A DNA stretch of 64,000 nt from Monocercomonoides exilis PA203 (taxonomy: Eukaryota > Protista > Preaxostyla), in the NCBI GenBank assembly GCA_001643675.2, contig LSRY02000040.1, forward strand, positions 682,001-746,000, written 5' to 3'. The notes under the pieces are model-generated. The model was not told the origin of the DNA and made no database searches. It was given only the letters and a program-made list of their open reading frames with translations. Of this stretch, positions 1 to 13,862 are shown one piece after another (within the stretch, counting starts at the first letter, position 1; every line of letters begins with the position of its first letter). The position numbers and the translations under genes were made by a program.

Positions 1-10
1 ATTAGACAAA

Positions 11-322
11 CAGATTATTTCGACCGACTGATCTTCCGACAGACTGATCTTTCGTCCGACTGATCTTTCGACAGATTGATCTCGACAAAGATCTGTCGAT
101 TTCCCATAAAAGAATGATGTTTTGTTTAATAAAGTTTGATGCACCACAAATAAAGTTTTCGTCTATCAGATTATCATTCATTTAAACTGAAAAAATAGAA
201 TATTACTCATTTTTTTGCTAATGTTTTTGTCCAAATAAAAAAGATGAAAATAAACTTATTGTCATTGTCGGTCGACTTGTCGAGGTCTTTGGTGAAAAGT
301 CGGTCTGTCGCAAAGGCCTAAT
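11..322. repeat. 16-bp tandem array with an inverted degenerate arm; probable MITE or transposon-terminus relic, possibly cut by the window edge
   Basis: Units are CGACCGACTGATCTTC (21-36), CGACAGACTGATCTTT (37-52), CGTCCGACTGATCTTT (53-68) and CGACAGATTGATCT (69-82). The reverse complement of 294-310 reads CGACAGACCGACTTTTC. Confidence 0.55.
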
Positions 323-1136
323 CAATATCATGAAGTACTTTTTGTTTATTTATGTCATTTTGATTGATGAACGATTGTTAATTTTTAACGTATTTTTTTC
401 ATTTCATTGATAATTTTTCCATTTCGATTTTGACTCAGATTCGAAAATATTAAATTTTTTTATCTTGAATTCAACTTCAGTTTCTTCCATATTACTAAAA
501 TTAACGTTAAAAGCAATATATATTTATTTAAAAGAAATGAATTTTTTCAAACAGATCAACAAAAAATTTTTAGCATTAAAAAAGATCTCAATGATCATGA
601 AAACTTTTTTATAACGTGGAAATTTGCAGAAATGGTTATGGACCTCATGAAATACTTCGACAACATATAAATATTATCTAGGTGTATAAAAAAAGCATTT
701 CTGCAAATTGCAGATCAATAAAAAAATTGAAAATTGAAATGGGATTTCAATTAAGAAAAATGTTTGAAATTTCGTGTTGATACTTAATTTTCGGAATTTT
801 TCTTAATTTGCCAAAGATTCTATTATACATTTTTGAATATTTCTTTCGCTTTTCTTTGTGGAGATTCTGTGGCTCTTTCTCGACTGAAGTCATAGTTGAA
901 TTTTGTTGTTTCACGTTTCTTATGGAGAGAAGCAAATTATTCTATGTTTGTCCTTCAAGGCATTTTGTTTGTTTATTTATTTTTTAATTTTAATTTTATT
1001 TTCAAGTCTTTTATTTTCTTCTTCTTCTGCCTCATTGAATGTTGGTTTTCCAGCTGCATCTTTCCCGATTTCAAGTGATCAAACCAAGAATCCCTCTTCA
1101 TCATAATTTTCTTCTTCTTCTGTTTCACTGCTGAGC

Positions 1137-3500
1137 ATGCCATCAATTGCATTCGGAAGAGCACTCAAACGAAGCGGAGGGAGAAAAGCGCTTGCTGCCT
1201 TCAAGCGGACAGTTCGTATGAAGACATACACAAACTCAAGAATTGCTCCACCAGAGTTCAAATCAGAAGTGCTAGGGCTGACAAATAAGATGGGAGGAGG
1301 TGGAAGTAACATCAATAATAAAAATAATAATAGCAGTAAGGAGAAGAAGCTATTACGTGTGGTGATGGAACAAGTGCCGCTGGCTATTCTAAGAGGAAGA
1401 CCACCGAAGATGAAGAGGAAGCGAATGATGACTGCAATGAGGTTGAATCAGCAGGGGAAGAAGAGCGAAGGATGAACAAATGCAAATGCGACAGCGCAGA
1501 ATGCGAGGTGTTTGGAGAAAGCTACTGTGGCATTGGAGAGTTAGAGGAAGCTTGGAAACAAAGAGAAAGTGAAAGAAGAGGAGAAAGGAGAAAGGAGAAA
1601 GATAAGGAAAGAATTATTTCTGTGTTTGATGAGTTTCCATCAGTTGAATTGGAGTGTGGCAGGCAAAAAGGTGAAAAGAGGAGAGTGAAAGAGGGTGTTA
1701 AACGGAAGAAAAAGGGAAAGGAAAAGCATTCAGATCAAAGATAAGTCCGATGATGCGTTCATAAGCTGTCCTGAGTGAGCTGCTTTCGAAAAAGTTGGAG
1801 CTGCTTTGTGTGGCAGATGGCAGCATCACATTTGACTCTTCTGAATCTGACACTCGTGAGACAAGTGGAAGAAGCAGAAGTGACATTGAGTGGAATGGCT
1901 ATGACGAGGGAGTGGATGATAAGGAGGAAGAAGAAGAAGAAGAAGACGTGGAGTTAGACAGGATTCTTAGTGCAAAGATATCCATGACAAGCACACGGGC
2001 AAATCGGCAGACACCGAAAAAGATCAGATTTGTTTTTGAATATGGCACCTCTACCACATTCAACTCAGCAAAAATAAGAGAAAACAGCTCAATCGAAGCA
2101 ACATTAATAACAACTGAGATGAAGGACAGGGAGAAAAGAGATTCACTTAAGAAATTGATGAAGAACACACTGAAGCAGATACATGGAAGGATCATTCCAA
2201 CAATCAATCCAACCGATATTAGACTTTATGCAAATCTCGTTCAGGAAGAGGAAAGCAAGGGAAAGAAGCAAAAAAGAAAGTTCTTGCCGAGAGGGAAAGG
2301 GAAGAACATGAACTATTTGATTCGAAATGAAGAGAGGAAAGAGTGAGTGAACGGAGCAGGTACAACAGACACTGAAGAAGCAGAAGAAGACAGTGAAGAT
2401 GATGACAACGACGATAGCGATGATAGTGACGTTAGTGATGATGAAGACAGTTTGTATTTAACACGATCTGCTGACGCATTAAATGCCAATAAAGCAGACA
2501 AGGCAGCGGAAAGAAAAGAAGACTCATACACACTCCATGCCTTGCGCTTCACTCCAAAGCAGCGAAAGACGCTTTCATCTGAATCCAAAAAGAGAAATCA
2601 GAAGAAGTCGCATGTCACTTTCTCACACACCTCAACCATCTCCAGCGGAGAGCTCAGTTCGACCCCTCTGCAGTTTACCTTTCCTTCACCCAAGTCCACA
2701 AGGAAAATGGAGAGAAAGAAGAATACAAGAACACAATTGGCTCAGACGGAGACAGAGAAGCCAGACAGCACCCACCAGAAGACACAGCAACCACAGCTTG
2801 GCGGCTGTTTCTGTGTCACGAAGACATCTTGTCCTGTCTGCCATCAGAGCAGCACTCGGCAGAGAATTGCAGGCACATCTCAGAGCAGCTGCGGAAAACG
2901 GGTTTGCGATAGCTTCTTCTTCTGCAAGTGTGTCTTGTTAGACGGCATGCCAATGCAAATGGAGAAGATAGAGGAGGAGGAGTAGATGACCTTGGGAACA
3001 ATTCTGTGTTTGGGGAGAAAAACAAACAGAAGACAGGGCCGAAGAAGCTGTTTGTGAGGTTGATGAACAGATTGGGCAGGATGAAGGCGCTTCTTTGCTT
3101 CACTCTCTCGGAAAGGCACTCTTCCATCTTTTCAACCAGCTTTGGTCACCTCAGCTTCCAAAGCAAACAACCATTCCTTCTTCGCATGCCGGGACAACAG
3201 GGGGAATATTGGCAAATGATGCGAACTCGTTTCTGAGCCTGTTGTGTGGAACGAGGCTGTTCAGCTTGGGAGGAGAAGATACTGTGAGAGATATGCAACT
3301 GGTGGAGAACATGAGAAAGTAGATGAGTTTGTGGAGAGGAGAAGGAAGGGCAGCTGTGGAAGGAGTGCACGAGGCGAGAGACACAGCTGAGCTGTTCTGC
3401 GAAGAGAGGTGAATCTACAGCAACGAGTTTGAAGTGCATAAAAAGATCAATAGGAAGAATGACGACAATAACTTCTCTTTGGATGCAATGGAAAGAGAGT
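1137..3500 (+). pseudogene. Fragmented gene with acidic tracts and Cys clusters weakly resembling CHY-type zinc fingers
   Basis: Chain of short same-strand ORFs broken by stops and frameshifts. Cys clusters CDSAECEVFGESYCGI (~1490) and CPVCHQ...CGKRVCDSFFFCKCVLLDG (~2830-2945). Confidence 0.35.
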
Positions 3501-4900
3501 TATATGCAATCAATGCGAATATTCTGCTTGACCCACTATTGTTTGCTTCGTCTGTCTTTTTCAAAAACCAACAACTTCTGCTGTCTGCCTCAGAAAATAC
3601 AATTTTAGTTCCTCCTCAAAGAACGGCATATATCCCATCCATCGGAGAAAGTCTACTCGAACTGACAAATCCATCTTTTCAGTTTGCTCTGCTGCGTATT
3701 GAACGGACACAGAAAGAAGAGCAATATTCGACTCTGCCTTCTTCTCTCAAGTTTTCATGGGTGTCTCTTGTCAACATGTTCCCTCTCCCGCTTTTTCATT
3801 TGCTCACTTCAATCGTCCGCACTCTGCCTTCAAAGATTCTTTCAGTATCTTTCACTTCATCTTCCGTGTTCTCCATCCCTTCTTTATTCACATCCTGCGT
3901 CACTTCTTTTTCTATTTCTCAGTCCATGTCATCCTCCATCACAACACCTGCTATCATCTCATTCTCCACTCAGCCCATTAGCCCTTCTGCCGCCTAGTCC
4001 AATCGCCTGCTGCTTTGTCTGCTACCCATGCGCACTGCACTCACTGCTGTTGCAACCGCTGCTCACAGGCTGATGGTGAAGGATGTCTTGTTCCACAAAA
4101 TATCAGCCATATTCGAGATGCACCAAAACCAGAAACATTCTTCTTCTCCTTCGATGTCCATTTCTTCCTTTCTCACTCAGCGGTTAAAGGCCGTTGGTGC
4201 TTCATTCACACAACAAGTCACACCTTCCGCTTTTGCATCTTCTCAGCAAACATCTGAGTCTCAGTCAACTTCATTGGCATCGAATATTGCAACAGATGCA
4301 CTGGACCTGAGTGGATCTTCAAATTCTGCTGCTGATGAAGCTAATACAACTTCTGTTGGCATGCGATAAATGCATCAGGAACAGCAAGTGGATGAGGAGG
4401 AGAACTTCCCTATCAGATAAAGAAAGACTAATTCTCAGCAATTCTTCCACATCAGCTTCAGACAAGCGTCACCTCCTCTCAGTTTCCTCTCTTTTTGCTT
4501 TCGCAATCTCCTTCTCCTTCTCCCTCTTCTCCGTCATTCACATCAATAAATTCTCCATCCTCAGTTTCCCTCCCTTTTCCTTCGACTCATTCTCTTCCAC
4601 TTCAGAGTCGTGAACGGGTATCTTTTTCTTTTTCTTTTCTCCCCCATCTGGAGCAATTCCTGAGAATTCTACGACGCGAAGTCTATTTTTTCAAAATTCT
4701 TTCTTTTTTTCAAAGGATATTCTTTTATCTTCACCTGCAACTGTCCTACTTGCTCTGCTTATCTCACAGCTACAATCTAATTCATAATCTTCTTCTTCTT
4801 CTTCTTCTTCACCTCCTCCTCCTCCTTCTTCTTCAATAACAGAAATTTCACCTTTATCATCATCATCTTCTTCTTCTTCTCCTTTCAATAGAAGGTGATT
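3500..4900 (-). pseudogene. Decayed Glu/Lys-rich coding fragment
   Basis: The minus strand is purine-rich and coding-like but has no long ORF. The plus-strand Ser/Phe-rich ORFs look like antisense shadows. Confidence 0.3.
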
Positions 4901-4902
4901 CA

Positions 4903-7341
4903 ATGAAAGAATTTGGCACAGCCGAAGACTCAGAAGCAGCTCTTCTGCAGCGTCTGGCATTGAACGAACTTGATTCCCGTCTCTCAGACGCAGAGCGAAG
5001 GTGGATTTATCACTCCAACTTATCCTATTCATTTGGGTGTTCTGCACTTCCTATTGTGTCGCCATCTTCTCTTCTCACACCAGGCACGCAAATTCACTCG
5101 TTTCCTGCGCCTTCTGTCTCCTCTCTATTTCCCCCGCCGCCTCCCCCGCGCGTGTGCGAAAGATGACCCTGTCAGAAAGAGAAAGATTAAAACAGTTTGT
5201 GACCCTCCACGTGCGCAACTGCCTCTTCCTCATCTGCACATTCTGTGGGAACAGCAACTGCCACCTCAGCTCTGCTTCCACAGACGTCCTCGCCTCTTTC
5301 TTCAGCGGCGGCGACAGCATCGACGACCCTGACATCACAGGAGCCAAATGGGCAAAAGAATGCCTGCGCATCAGTTCCCCCACTGTCCAGCACGCTGCTT
5401 TGCTCGCCCTCAACCGCCTGGCTGAAACTCACCTGCCATCAAAGTACTTCGACTTGTGGAACCCGATCTTTCCTGAGCTACTGAATGCAGAGCAGATGAA
5501 GAGGTACTGCGAGGTCGACCGCTCCCTCTCCGCCTCGCTTGTCGCGCTGTTTGCATCGTCTGCTGTCAGCTTTGAGCACATTTCAGTTGCAATGCCTCGC
5601 ATGCTCCTTTTATTGGGTATCCCAAACACACCTCTTCAGACAACCGTCCTGCAGATCCTGTTGGAGGCAGCGAAGAGGGGAGAAAGCGAGCGTCTGTCGC
5701 TGGATTCCCTCAGAGCCATCGAGTGGGCGTCTGCAGGGCTGAGATCAGTTCCAGATGAGCTTATCTTTGGCGCCCTGCAGTTCTTTGTGGTGATGCTGGG
5801 CACGATACACAACCGGCCTGACGCTGACAGCGCCATCACTTCTATCACACGAAGGAGGGAATATAATGGAGAGCGGTTTGGCTGCCCCTGCGAAATGCTG
5901 GCAGTGAAGATGTGCTCGTTCACGTTCGAGTCGATGCTGAAGTTGATCAACCCGCTCACGCACACGCCACGCACAGTCTCTTTGGCTGTTGCTTGCATTT
6001 CGGCCTTTGCTGAACTGGGATTTGGAGCAGAAGATGTGATGGAAGACAGGATTGCGCTGCAGCTGTACCAGAAACCGGAGGAAAGGGCGTCGTTTTTCTT
6101 TTCTCTGGCTTCTTCTCCTGGTGGGAGTGGGAGCGGAAGAATAGCATCAGCAGCAAATGCGACGGAGGCAATGTATTCTTCTTCTTCCTCTCCCTTTTAC
6201 TCTCCCTCTTCATATTCCTCTTCCGACCAAAAACTTCACTTCGACTCCGGCACCTGCTTCATCCGCCTTCTCATTTCCCTCTTTTTCACCAAGTTCCCTT
6301 CCCTCACCTCTCTCTCTTCCCTCTCCTCCACCAGCCCCAACGCCTACCTCCGCCTCTACCCAACTCCTCCTCTCGTCTACGCCGCCCGCGCCTTAACCCA
6401 CTTTGCCAAGCAAGACAGACGCATAGCACATTCTTTGTCTTCTATCAGAATCAGTTTCCCCTCCTGGCCTTCCACACATATCTTGCTCTCTTCTGTTGTT
6501 CCGCAGCTGCTGGAGACGATGGAGGGAATTAACTTGGCGAATGTGCTGAGGTTTGTGGCGGTTGTGTGTGAGATTAGCAGGGCTTTTAGAAAGCAGCTGG
6601 TGGAGATGGATATCTTTGGGATCGTGCTGAAGATGACAAGAATGGGAGGGGAGGCGTATGCGAAGAAGAGGAAAGAGGAAGGAGAAGAAGAAGGAAGTAA
6701 CAAAGAAGTGGATGATAATAATAAAGAAGGTGATATAAGAGAAACTTCCATAGATTCAGATAGAAAGCACGTATTCAGCCCAAGTCCGCTATCTCCTTCG
6801 AATTTTGCTCAAAACAATGCAACTTCAGAAAATAATCCCTTCATCGCCCCGATCGCTTCCCCAACCCCTCCAGAACTAATTCCTGCAGACATCAAAAGCA
6901 GCTTAAATAGAAAGCATATAACACCGCTGGATTCAGAAGAAGCTGAAAATGAAGAGAATGAAGAAGATAATGACAACGATAATGATGAAGGAAGTTCAAA
7001 CGAAAGAGAAGAAAGAGACGATATTGAAATTGAAAATGAGGGAGAAAGAGAAAGAAGTTATGAAGAAGAAGAAGTTGAGAATATCAGCAGACAAAGCAGA
7101 AGATGAGAAAGAAGAGAGGAAAGAAGAGCGATCACTGCCGCATCGCGGAATTCTCGTCGGAGTGTGCAGACAGCTAGCCGTTCAGTCGATGCTTTCTCAA
7201 CAGCCTCAGCTGCTGCTGGCACACTCAATGCCTCATTCTCTGCTTCTTCTTCTTCTGCTTCAACTTCATTATCATCATCATCATCTTCCTCTTCCTCTTC
7301 TTCTTCTTCTTCTTCTTCTTCTTCTTCTTCTTCTTCTTCTT

Positions 7342-7372
<31 letters not shown>

Positions 7373-7557
7373 TTCTTCACCTTCTTCTTCTTCCTTTTCT
7401 TCTTCTTCACCTTCTTCTTCACCTTCTTCTTCTTCTCCTCCTTCTTTCTCCTTCTTGGATATTTCTTTTTCTACGCTTCTTCTTCTTCTTCTTCTTCTTC
7501 TTATCGTATTTCTTCATTTTTTGCATCTTCATAATGGATAACAGCAGAAATTAAAAA
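4903..7557 (+). CDS. Hypothetical alpha-helical (ARM/HEAT-like) protein with an acidic/Ser-rich tail; possibly frameshifted near 7100
   Basis: The ORF 5001-7106 (ATG at 5163) has amphipathic helical segments such as VQHAALLALNRLAE and LQTTVLQILLEAAK. A poly-Ser frame continues at 7164-7541. The 5' structure is uncertain. Confidence 0.45.
7245..7500. repeat. (TCT)n trinucleotide tract
   Basis: Directly visible run of TCT/TCA/TCC triplets. Confidence 0.9.
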
Positions 7558-7559
7558 GA

Positions 7560-9520
7560 ATGGAATTTATGAAGAAATCAACTTCTTTGAAAAAAATGAA
7601 AAGAAGATGATAAGTGAATAAAGAGAATGAAGATAAAGAGAAGAAGAATTTGATTTGTCAATAAATGATGATTGGAAATTTGAAAGAAAAAAATGAAGAT
7701 ATTGATAAATGTTAAAGTTAAAAAGAAATGGAGAGAAGTTTGAAGAGAAGACGTCGACGAACAGTAACAGTACGCGACAATGAAGCAAGAAGAGTTCGTT
7801 GAATGTCAGAACCATTCCGTCCGTTTCTTCTTTTTCATTTGCTCTTTGGAGCATTGCAACAATCATCATGGAAGGGAATTGATAGGCGAAGCAGAGGAAA
7901 GAATATCCACCGTTTCGTTTTTATGTGAGTAAATGAAAGAGCATTCAGGAGCCTTTCCAGGGTTAGGCAATGAGGAGTACACAAAAGTTAGAGCAGTTGC
8001 TGTTGTGAAAGGTGGAGGGGTAATTCAGGATGGAGAGGCTGTCGTTGGAGAGTTGAAAGTGGCCTTCGAGCATGCTTCGACAGAGCTGGCCGAGAAAAAT
8101 GATAGTAAAGATAAAGCGCATCATGATGAAGGAGATTTCTGACATTTTTATTCCAGAAAGATAAAGAAAAACTATGCTTTTGCTAACAATGGCGAGGACT
8201 GTTATAAAAAGATGTTCAAAGATGCTTATTGATTCATCGTCAAGCATAAGCAAAGTTGAAGCAACTTTGAGAACTGAGAGGTTGATGTGGAAAAGATTAA
8301 GGGAGTAAGCAGTGAGAGTACAAGAAGCATAAGGAAAGAGGCGAAAGTGATGAACAGGTGCGTTGGAGAGGTGAGTGGTGTTTTTGCAGGCACAAAGCAG
8401 CTTAGAGTTGAAGCAGACACGTTGGTTGGAAGGAGAAAAAAGGGATAATTCGAAGGAACAATTGAAGCAGAGGTGGCTTAAAGGATGATGCAGCCATTGA
8501 GAAACACAACGGAAGCCAACTGATGGTGTTCAAATGAACAAGATCAAGACTTCTGGAGATAAACCAGAATCGGATTATGGAAAGAGAGATATGGGCTTCG
8601 AAAGAGAAGGAGGAGATCCAGAAGATATTGACGAGTGTTATCGATTCAGAGGATTAATGGGCAAGCGAATGATCTGGTGGCTTTATCGACGAATATCTGT
8701 TGGGCGCAGTAGAAGAAGAAGAGGATGAGATCGTGACCGGCATAGAAGTTGAGGCCGGGACGGGAGGAGTTGATGTCGCAAAAGGAGGCTTCTGTGACGA
8801 GAGAGAGTTGGAAAAAGTGAAGGAAAAAGAGGAACTCGTTGTTTGGGCTTGGATGCTGCAGCACTGGAGAAAGATGCACTTGCCAGCAAAGGCGTTATTC
8901 AAGGATTAGCGGAGAGCGAGGATGGAAACGGGGTTGGCAGATGCGACAGCTTTGTGGGAGCAGTCGAGAAAGAGGCAGTCGCTGTTTGTTGAGCAAGTGA
9001 TGATGCACTGGATGAGGATGCAAATCAATGCGAGCAACTTGTGAACACTCACGCCTAGGCAGCACAGTCTTCTGCACATCTCCTCTCCGCTTTCCCGCTA
9101 GAACTGTCCCGTTGCATGACAGCACGATGTTGGTGATGTTGGCAAAGTCCAAAGCGAAGACTTTTCTGATGTCTGTGGCCGCCAACCTCGAGACAGTCTT
9201 TCCGGCCAGTGTGGGTGGGCTGACAACATCGAGGGCAGCGACAGTGATCAAAGAAAACGAGACTGAGAGGGATTTGAGTTCAGAGGAAGTGGATGCAGAA
9301 ACTGACACAATATACATGAAAAGGAGAGGGCGCAGTTGTTATAAGACACACGCACTTCAGCAGCTTCCACAGTTGCATATGAAAAAGGTGTTTGTGGAGT
9401 CTGCATATAAAAAGAGCAGCCTGCAAAAGCCGAGCAACTGAGGAGGTAGTATCAGGATGAAGGATGAAAGACGAGGAAGATGATGAAGGATTGAGAAAGG
9501 GGAAAAAGAAAATGTTCAAG
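7560..9520 (-). pseudogene. Decayed multi-pass membrane protein gene fragment
   Basis: Successive short minus-strand ORFs with hydrophobic segments (IFEHLFITVLAIVSKSIVFLYLSG; FIMMRFIFTIIFLG), interrupted by stops and frameshifts. Confidence 0.4.
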
Positions 9521-10199
9521 TGAAGATTTTCGTTCTGTGGAAGATTAAAAAGTGTCTGAATGAGAAATTCTTAAATATCATATTGTTTCTTTTGTAATTT
9601 TTTTCAATAGCTTAGATCAATTAATTGAAATAACTAATTTAAAGAATTATTAATTTAAATACAATTATTAACAATGAACAATTGTTTATTCGACAAATAT
9701 TATGTGCTTCCATCATATTTTTCTATATGTGTTAATGAAAATTATTCGTTTTCTATAAATAGATGAATTGTGAATAGATTTTTTTCATTTGAATAGATTC
9801 AACTTATTTGAATGAACTGGGTTTTTCTTAAATGAAGTCATGTTATTTTCAATGGTTGAAGTGACACTTGAATAAAGTGCGATACACTTAAATAAAGTTT
9901 TTGTGAAAAAGTAGTGAACACTTATTATAATATTTTCACGTTTTATCTTTCACTTTATCAACAAAAAAAATGAAAAATTCAAAAAATCTGAGATTTTTCT
10001 GTATTCTTAATCAATATTTGATATATGTTTAAAGAAGATTTTATTTGACAAAAAGAGAGAGAAATGAATGCAAATATCATTTTGTTATCGTTATTCAATT
10101 CCATTCCAACTTTTAACTTTTTTTGATCACTGTATAATTAAATATAAAAAACAAAATTTTGTTTTTATTGAAGTTCGTGGAGTGATCTGCATCCAACAA

Positions 10200-13100
10200 A
10201 GCATATAATTTCGAAGCTCTCAGTCACGTCGACAGGTTGAAGCTGCTTTCATCTTTGCAACTTTCTTCGTTGACTGAATAGATTACACATTCATTTATCG
10301 GCTTTTTTTCACAAAGCCTCTCAATATTCCGCTTTTCTTCATTCTTCTCCGCTTTCTTCCATTGATAGTCTGGCGATTTCTCTCTTGTCAACTTTCATAT
10401 GCCTTAGTTTCCTTCTTTATTGCATCATCAACTATCTGTCTCGAATCTTACGCTTCATTCGAAACATTCTTCCAACGAGCAATAAACATTATCAATCCAA
10501 TCAAATGGATCTTAAGAATTATCGATGTCATAACAGTTGCAATCGGTGGTCGAGACAGTTATCTTTCTCTTCTTCCTTCAGTAATTCTTTCATCGTTTTA
10601 AATTAAACTTCGCTGTTGTTCTTCAAAAGAAATTGTACTGTAGATGCACTGGATTCGAGCATTTTAACATGATGCTTGTGGCCAATTCTGTGGTGTCAGG
10701 CACTGAAGTTACAATTGAGGCTGAGATGACAACATGGATTACAGTTTCATTTTCATTAAGTTCTACTTGCAACGGATATTTCTGAGTTTGTGAAGGGATT
10801 CATTGACAAAATCAATCTGGAGGAGCTAGTGCCAGGGAATGAACGAAGAGCCAATGAGATCCAGGGAAAAGACATTGCCTTCTTAACAAGATATCACTGA
10901 ATTTAGCTGCGGAATAAAGAACGGGATGCTCTTTCCGAAGCCATTTTTTCCAATGTTCTCAACTGGAAGAAATTCACGTCGAGATGTTCGGAAGAAAGCC
11001 ATCACCGACTTTCATGCAATGAATATTCAAAAGGACATGATCAGAGCAGGCGATGTAGTTCCTTATGGATGAATAGCCTACTGCATTTGGGCTGTTGCTA
11101 GAAAACAGCACAAACTGAATTTGTATGTTTCCTCCAGAGATCGACAGCCTTCACTTGGATGAATTGGAGATTGTGGTGTCTGATATTCTTCCTGAGCAAT
11201 CCTGAAGATCAACCATTAATCCACTCCACTGGCACAGCTCTTCTGATCGATCATCGCTCGCTCTCAACTCTGGTGCGCTTGTTGCTCCATCAAATGAATA
11301 TGAAGATAAGTTTACATCCGTCAAATCTTCCAACGCTTCAATGCTCCCTTTTTCAGATGTGGAAACACACTTTTTGTTCGAGTAGTTTTCCAATTCCAGC
11401 AAAAAAGATGAAGATGAAACAGCCAAGCAGCACGGGCCAAGCGAATCTCGGGTTATGTTTTGAAATGATGACTGCTTCAAATGGAATGCCGAAGCATTTG
11501 ATGCAACGCTCCCTGCACATCCTTCTCCAAGAATTGTGTTTGAAATAGCCAAGAAATTCATCTGAATATCTGAATCTTGGCATTCTATAGAAAGCAAAGA
11601 ACCAGACAGCACAGATATGGCATCGAATTCCGAATGATAGTATTGGACGTTTGAATGGCCTCCTGAACCGTCTGAGGAAAGCACAATCAAGCTTGCTTTG
11701 CTCTCTGCATTTCTGATTTGAACCTTCTGCAGCTGAGAGTCTTTGCAATTGTAAAGGATAAGGGTGGATTGTTCAAGTGTGCAACTGGAAATTAGCACTT
11801 GCTGCGTTGAAATGTTTACCAGATTGCGGAAGTCCAACAACACAACAGAATTCGCATCAGAATATTCAAGTTCATATATGAGCAATATTGTCCGCCTCTT
11901 GCTCCCACGCACGAAGAACTGAGATGAATACAAGTAAAAGTGCACCCGTTTGTTGATAGTCTTCCATTCTCGTGGAGAATGATGGAGCAATTCAATTTGT
12001 GTTCGGTGTTTCCACTCCAATCTTTTTGAGCAAATATTGTGTCTGCAATCAACAAGTTGCCATCAGTCAGTGATTACAAACTTGAATGAGAAGAAGAAAA
12101 AGCGCTTCCAAACAAAAACGTGAGAAATTCCATTTTCACTCTCAGCAAGCACGAAACGAGACTGCTCCTCTTGTTTCCAATGCTGATGTTCAGCAGAATA
12201 ATCCCTCTTACGCCTTCCACATCCAGCGACTTGATCCAAACATCTCAAGCGCTTGCTTCCCCTGACACCACAGCGCTTTTGCCGATCAGCAAATTGCTGT
12301 AAACAAAAAGAATGATGTGGGGCAGAGCAACATTCAAGGAAATGCAAGGTTGACTTATTCCACCACACTGGCGTGAATCGGAGGAGTTGTCGGATGAAGA
12401 AGATGCAAATATAGTCTCGCTCCGATACACAACAACAAGTAGCAGCAGATCTTGTTCATCAGCATAGTCTTGTGCGGTGCATTCCCACATAGCAAACTCC
12501 CGAACAAACGGTGCTCTGAAATCGAGCTGGAACGGTTTGTTGCCAATTTGAATTTTTTCATTCGCTCATTTTTCATATAAGTCTCTTCCAACAAATGCTT
12601 TGTTCTCCATGAATGCGATGTTTTTAAACAGGAAAGGAAGCAGGCCATCTCTTGTGATCAAAGAACAATCCAGGAATGTAACGCCTCCTCTTCCAGTTGC
12701 AGAGCAGAAACATCCAGAGATAGCTGAAAAACTGCACTCAAAAAAACCTCCTTCGCTTAGACTCATAATCATTCCTCCACCGCTTTCACTTTGACTGCTT
12801 CCACAGTTCTTCATCGATGTGTTTTGCACAGACACGCTACAAGGCTCGCTACCAATGCAGCTGATAAGGAAGATTCAGATGACGGACTTTGGAGAAGCGA
12901 AAAAAGCGCGTAACATTTCAACTGAACTATTTCACTGTTAACTTCAATTAATCCTATCAACTCGCCTCTCCACACAACCTGTGAAAACATGACAACAATT
13001 CTTCTGATCATCAACTCCATATTGTTCATGGAAACATTTGTCAAATCAATGCTGCTCTCATGTGATGCAGTTCGAACGTGGCCTCAACATTCGATGGATT

Positions 13101-13262
13101 GAAACTGTTAGAATAACATTTCGCATATTTTAAACAGGAAACCTCTAACGCAAAATGGAATGTCACTGGAGAAGCGCAGATAAATAGCAAGAGAAAAGCG
13201 GCTGAACTCTGTTCATTATTCAATAAAATAATGATGACAAATAAGTTTGTTTTTGAATCCAT
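10200..13262 (-). pseudogene. Pseudogene of an expanded Ser/Cys-rich repeat (beta-helix-like) type-I surface-protein family
   Basis: Fragmented ORFs with a hydrophobic N-terminus, motifs DLLLLVVVYRSETIFASS..DSRQCGGISQPCISL and ESGGGMIMSL..GRGGVTFLDC, and a hydrophobic segment near 10480-10550. Many stops and frameshifts. Confidence 0.7.
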
Positions 13263-13744
13263 TTTTTTAGAAAAATCGATCACAATTATTTGTTAATGAT
13301 TATTTCCGGTCTTTAAATGCTATTGAGCAGATCTAAGTGTAAATACCAGTTGTTTGCATATATATTGATGCAATCCAACACATAATTCAGCATTATTTTA
13401 ATTATCTTTATTTGCTCAATAGAAAAAATACATATTTCTTGAAATAAAATACGAAATTCTTCTTTCATCAATTTTTAAAAATGTTAAAACGTGTGAATAA
13501 CATAGTTTGAAGGTCCAACAATCAAAGGATGCAATATTGATGCGTTTTGAATCGTTTATTGGGGCAAAAGAATTTAATCAGTTTTATTAACTTTTTGATC
13601 CTTTTGATCTTTGAAAGATTTTGACGAAAACAACAAAAATCATTCGCAAAACAACATCATTATGAAACAAATAATATATGTATGTTTTTGCAATCAATTT
13701 TATATACATAAAAAATACTTGTTTTTTATCAAAATTTTCGTAAC

Positions 13745-13862
13745 TCAAATAAACTCAGTCTATCTTAAATGAACTCGGTTCATTCAAATGAACCCGATCT
13801 ATTTGAATAAACATGAGTTCATTTGAATAAACCTAGTTTATTTGAATCAAAAAAATCTATTC
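13745..13862. repeat. Tandem array of about six 19-20 bp quasi-palindromic units
   Basis: Units include TTAAATGAACTCGGTTCAT, TCAAATGAACCCGATCTAT, TTGAATAAACATGAGTTCAT and TTGAATAAACCTAGTTTAT. Confidence 0.8.

Noticed and set aside
600-715. Short inverted repeat ATTTGCAGAAATG / CATTTCTGCAAAT
   Set aside because: It is only 13 bp in AT-rich DNA, with no defined ends or target duplication.
7560-9520. P-type ATPase or TMEM94 assignment
   Set aside because: No diagnostic motif (DKTGT, GDGxND) is visible. I kept it only as a membrane-protein remnant.
13745-13862. Palindromic repeat array as a CRISPR
   Set aside because: The units are contiguous with no unique spacers, there are no cas genes and the context is eukaryotic. 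It is better explained as a subterminal transposon array.
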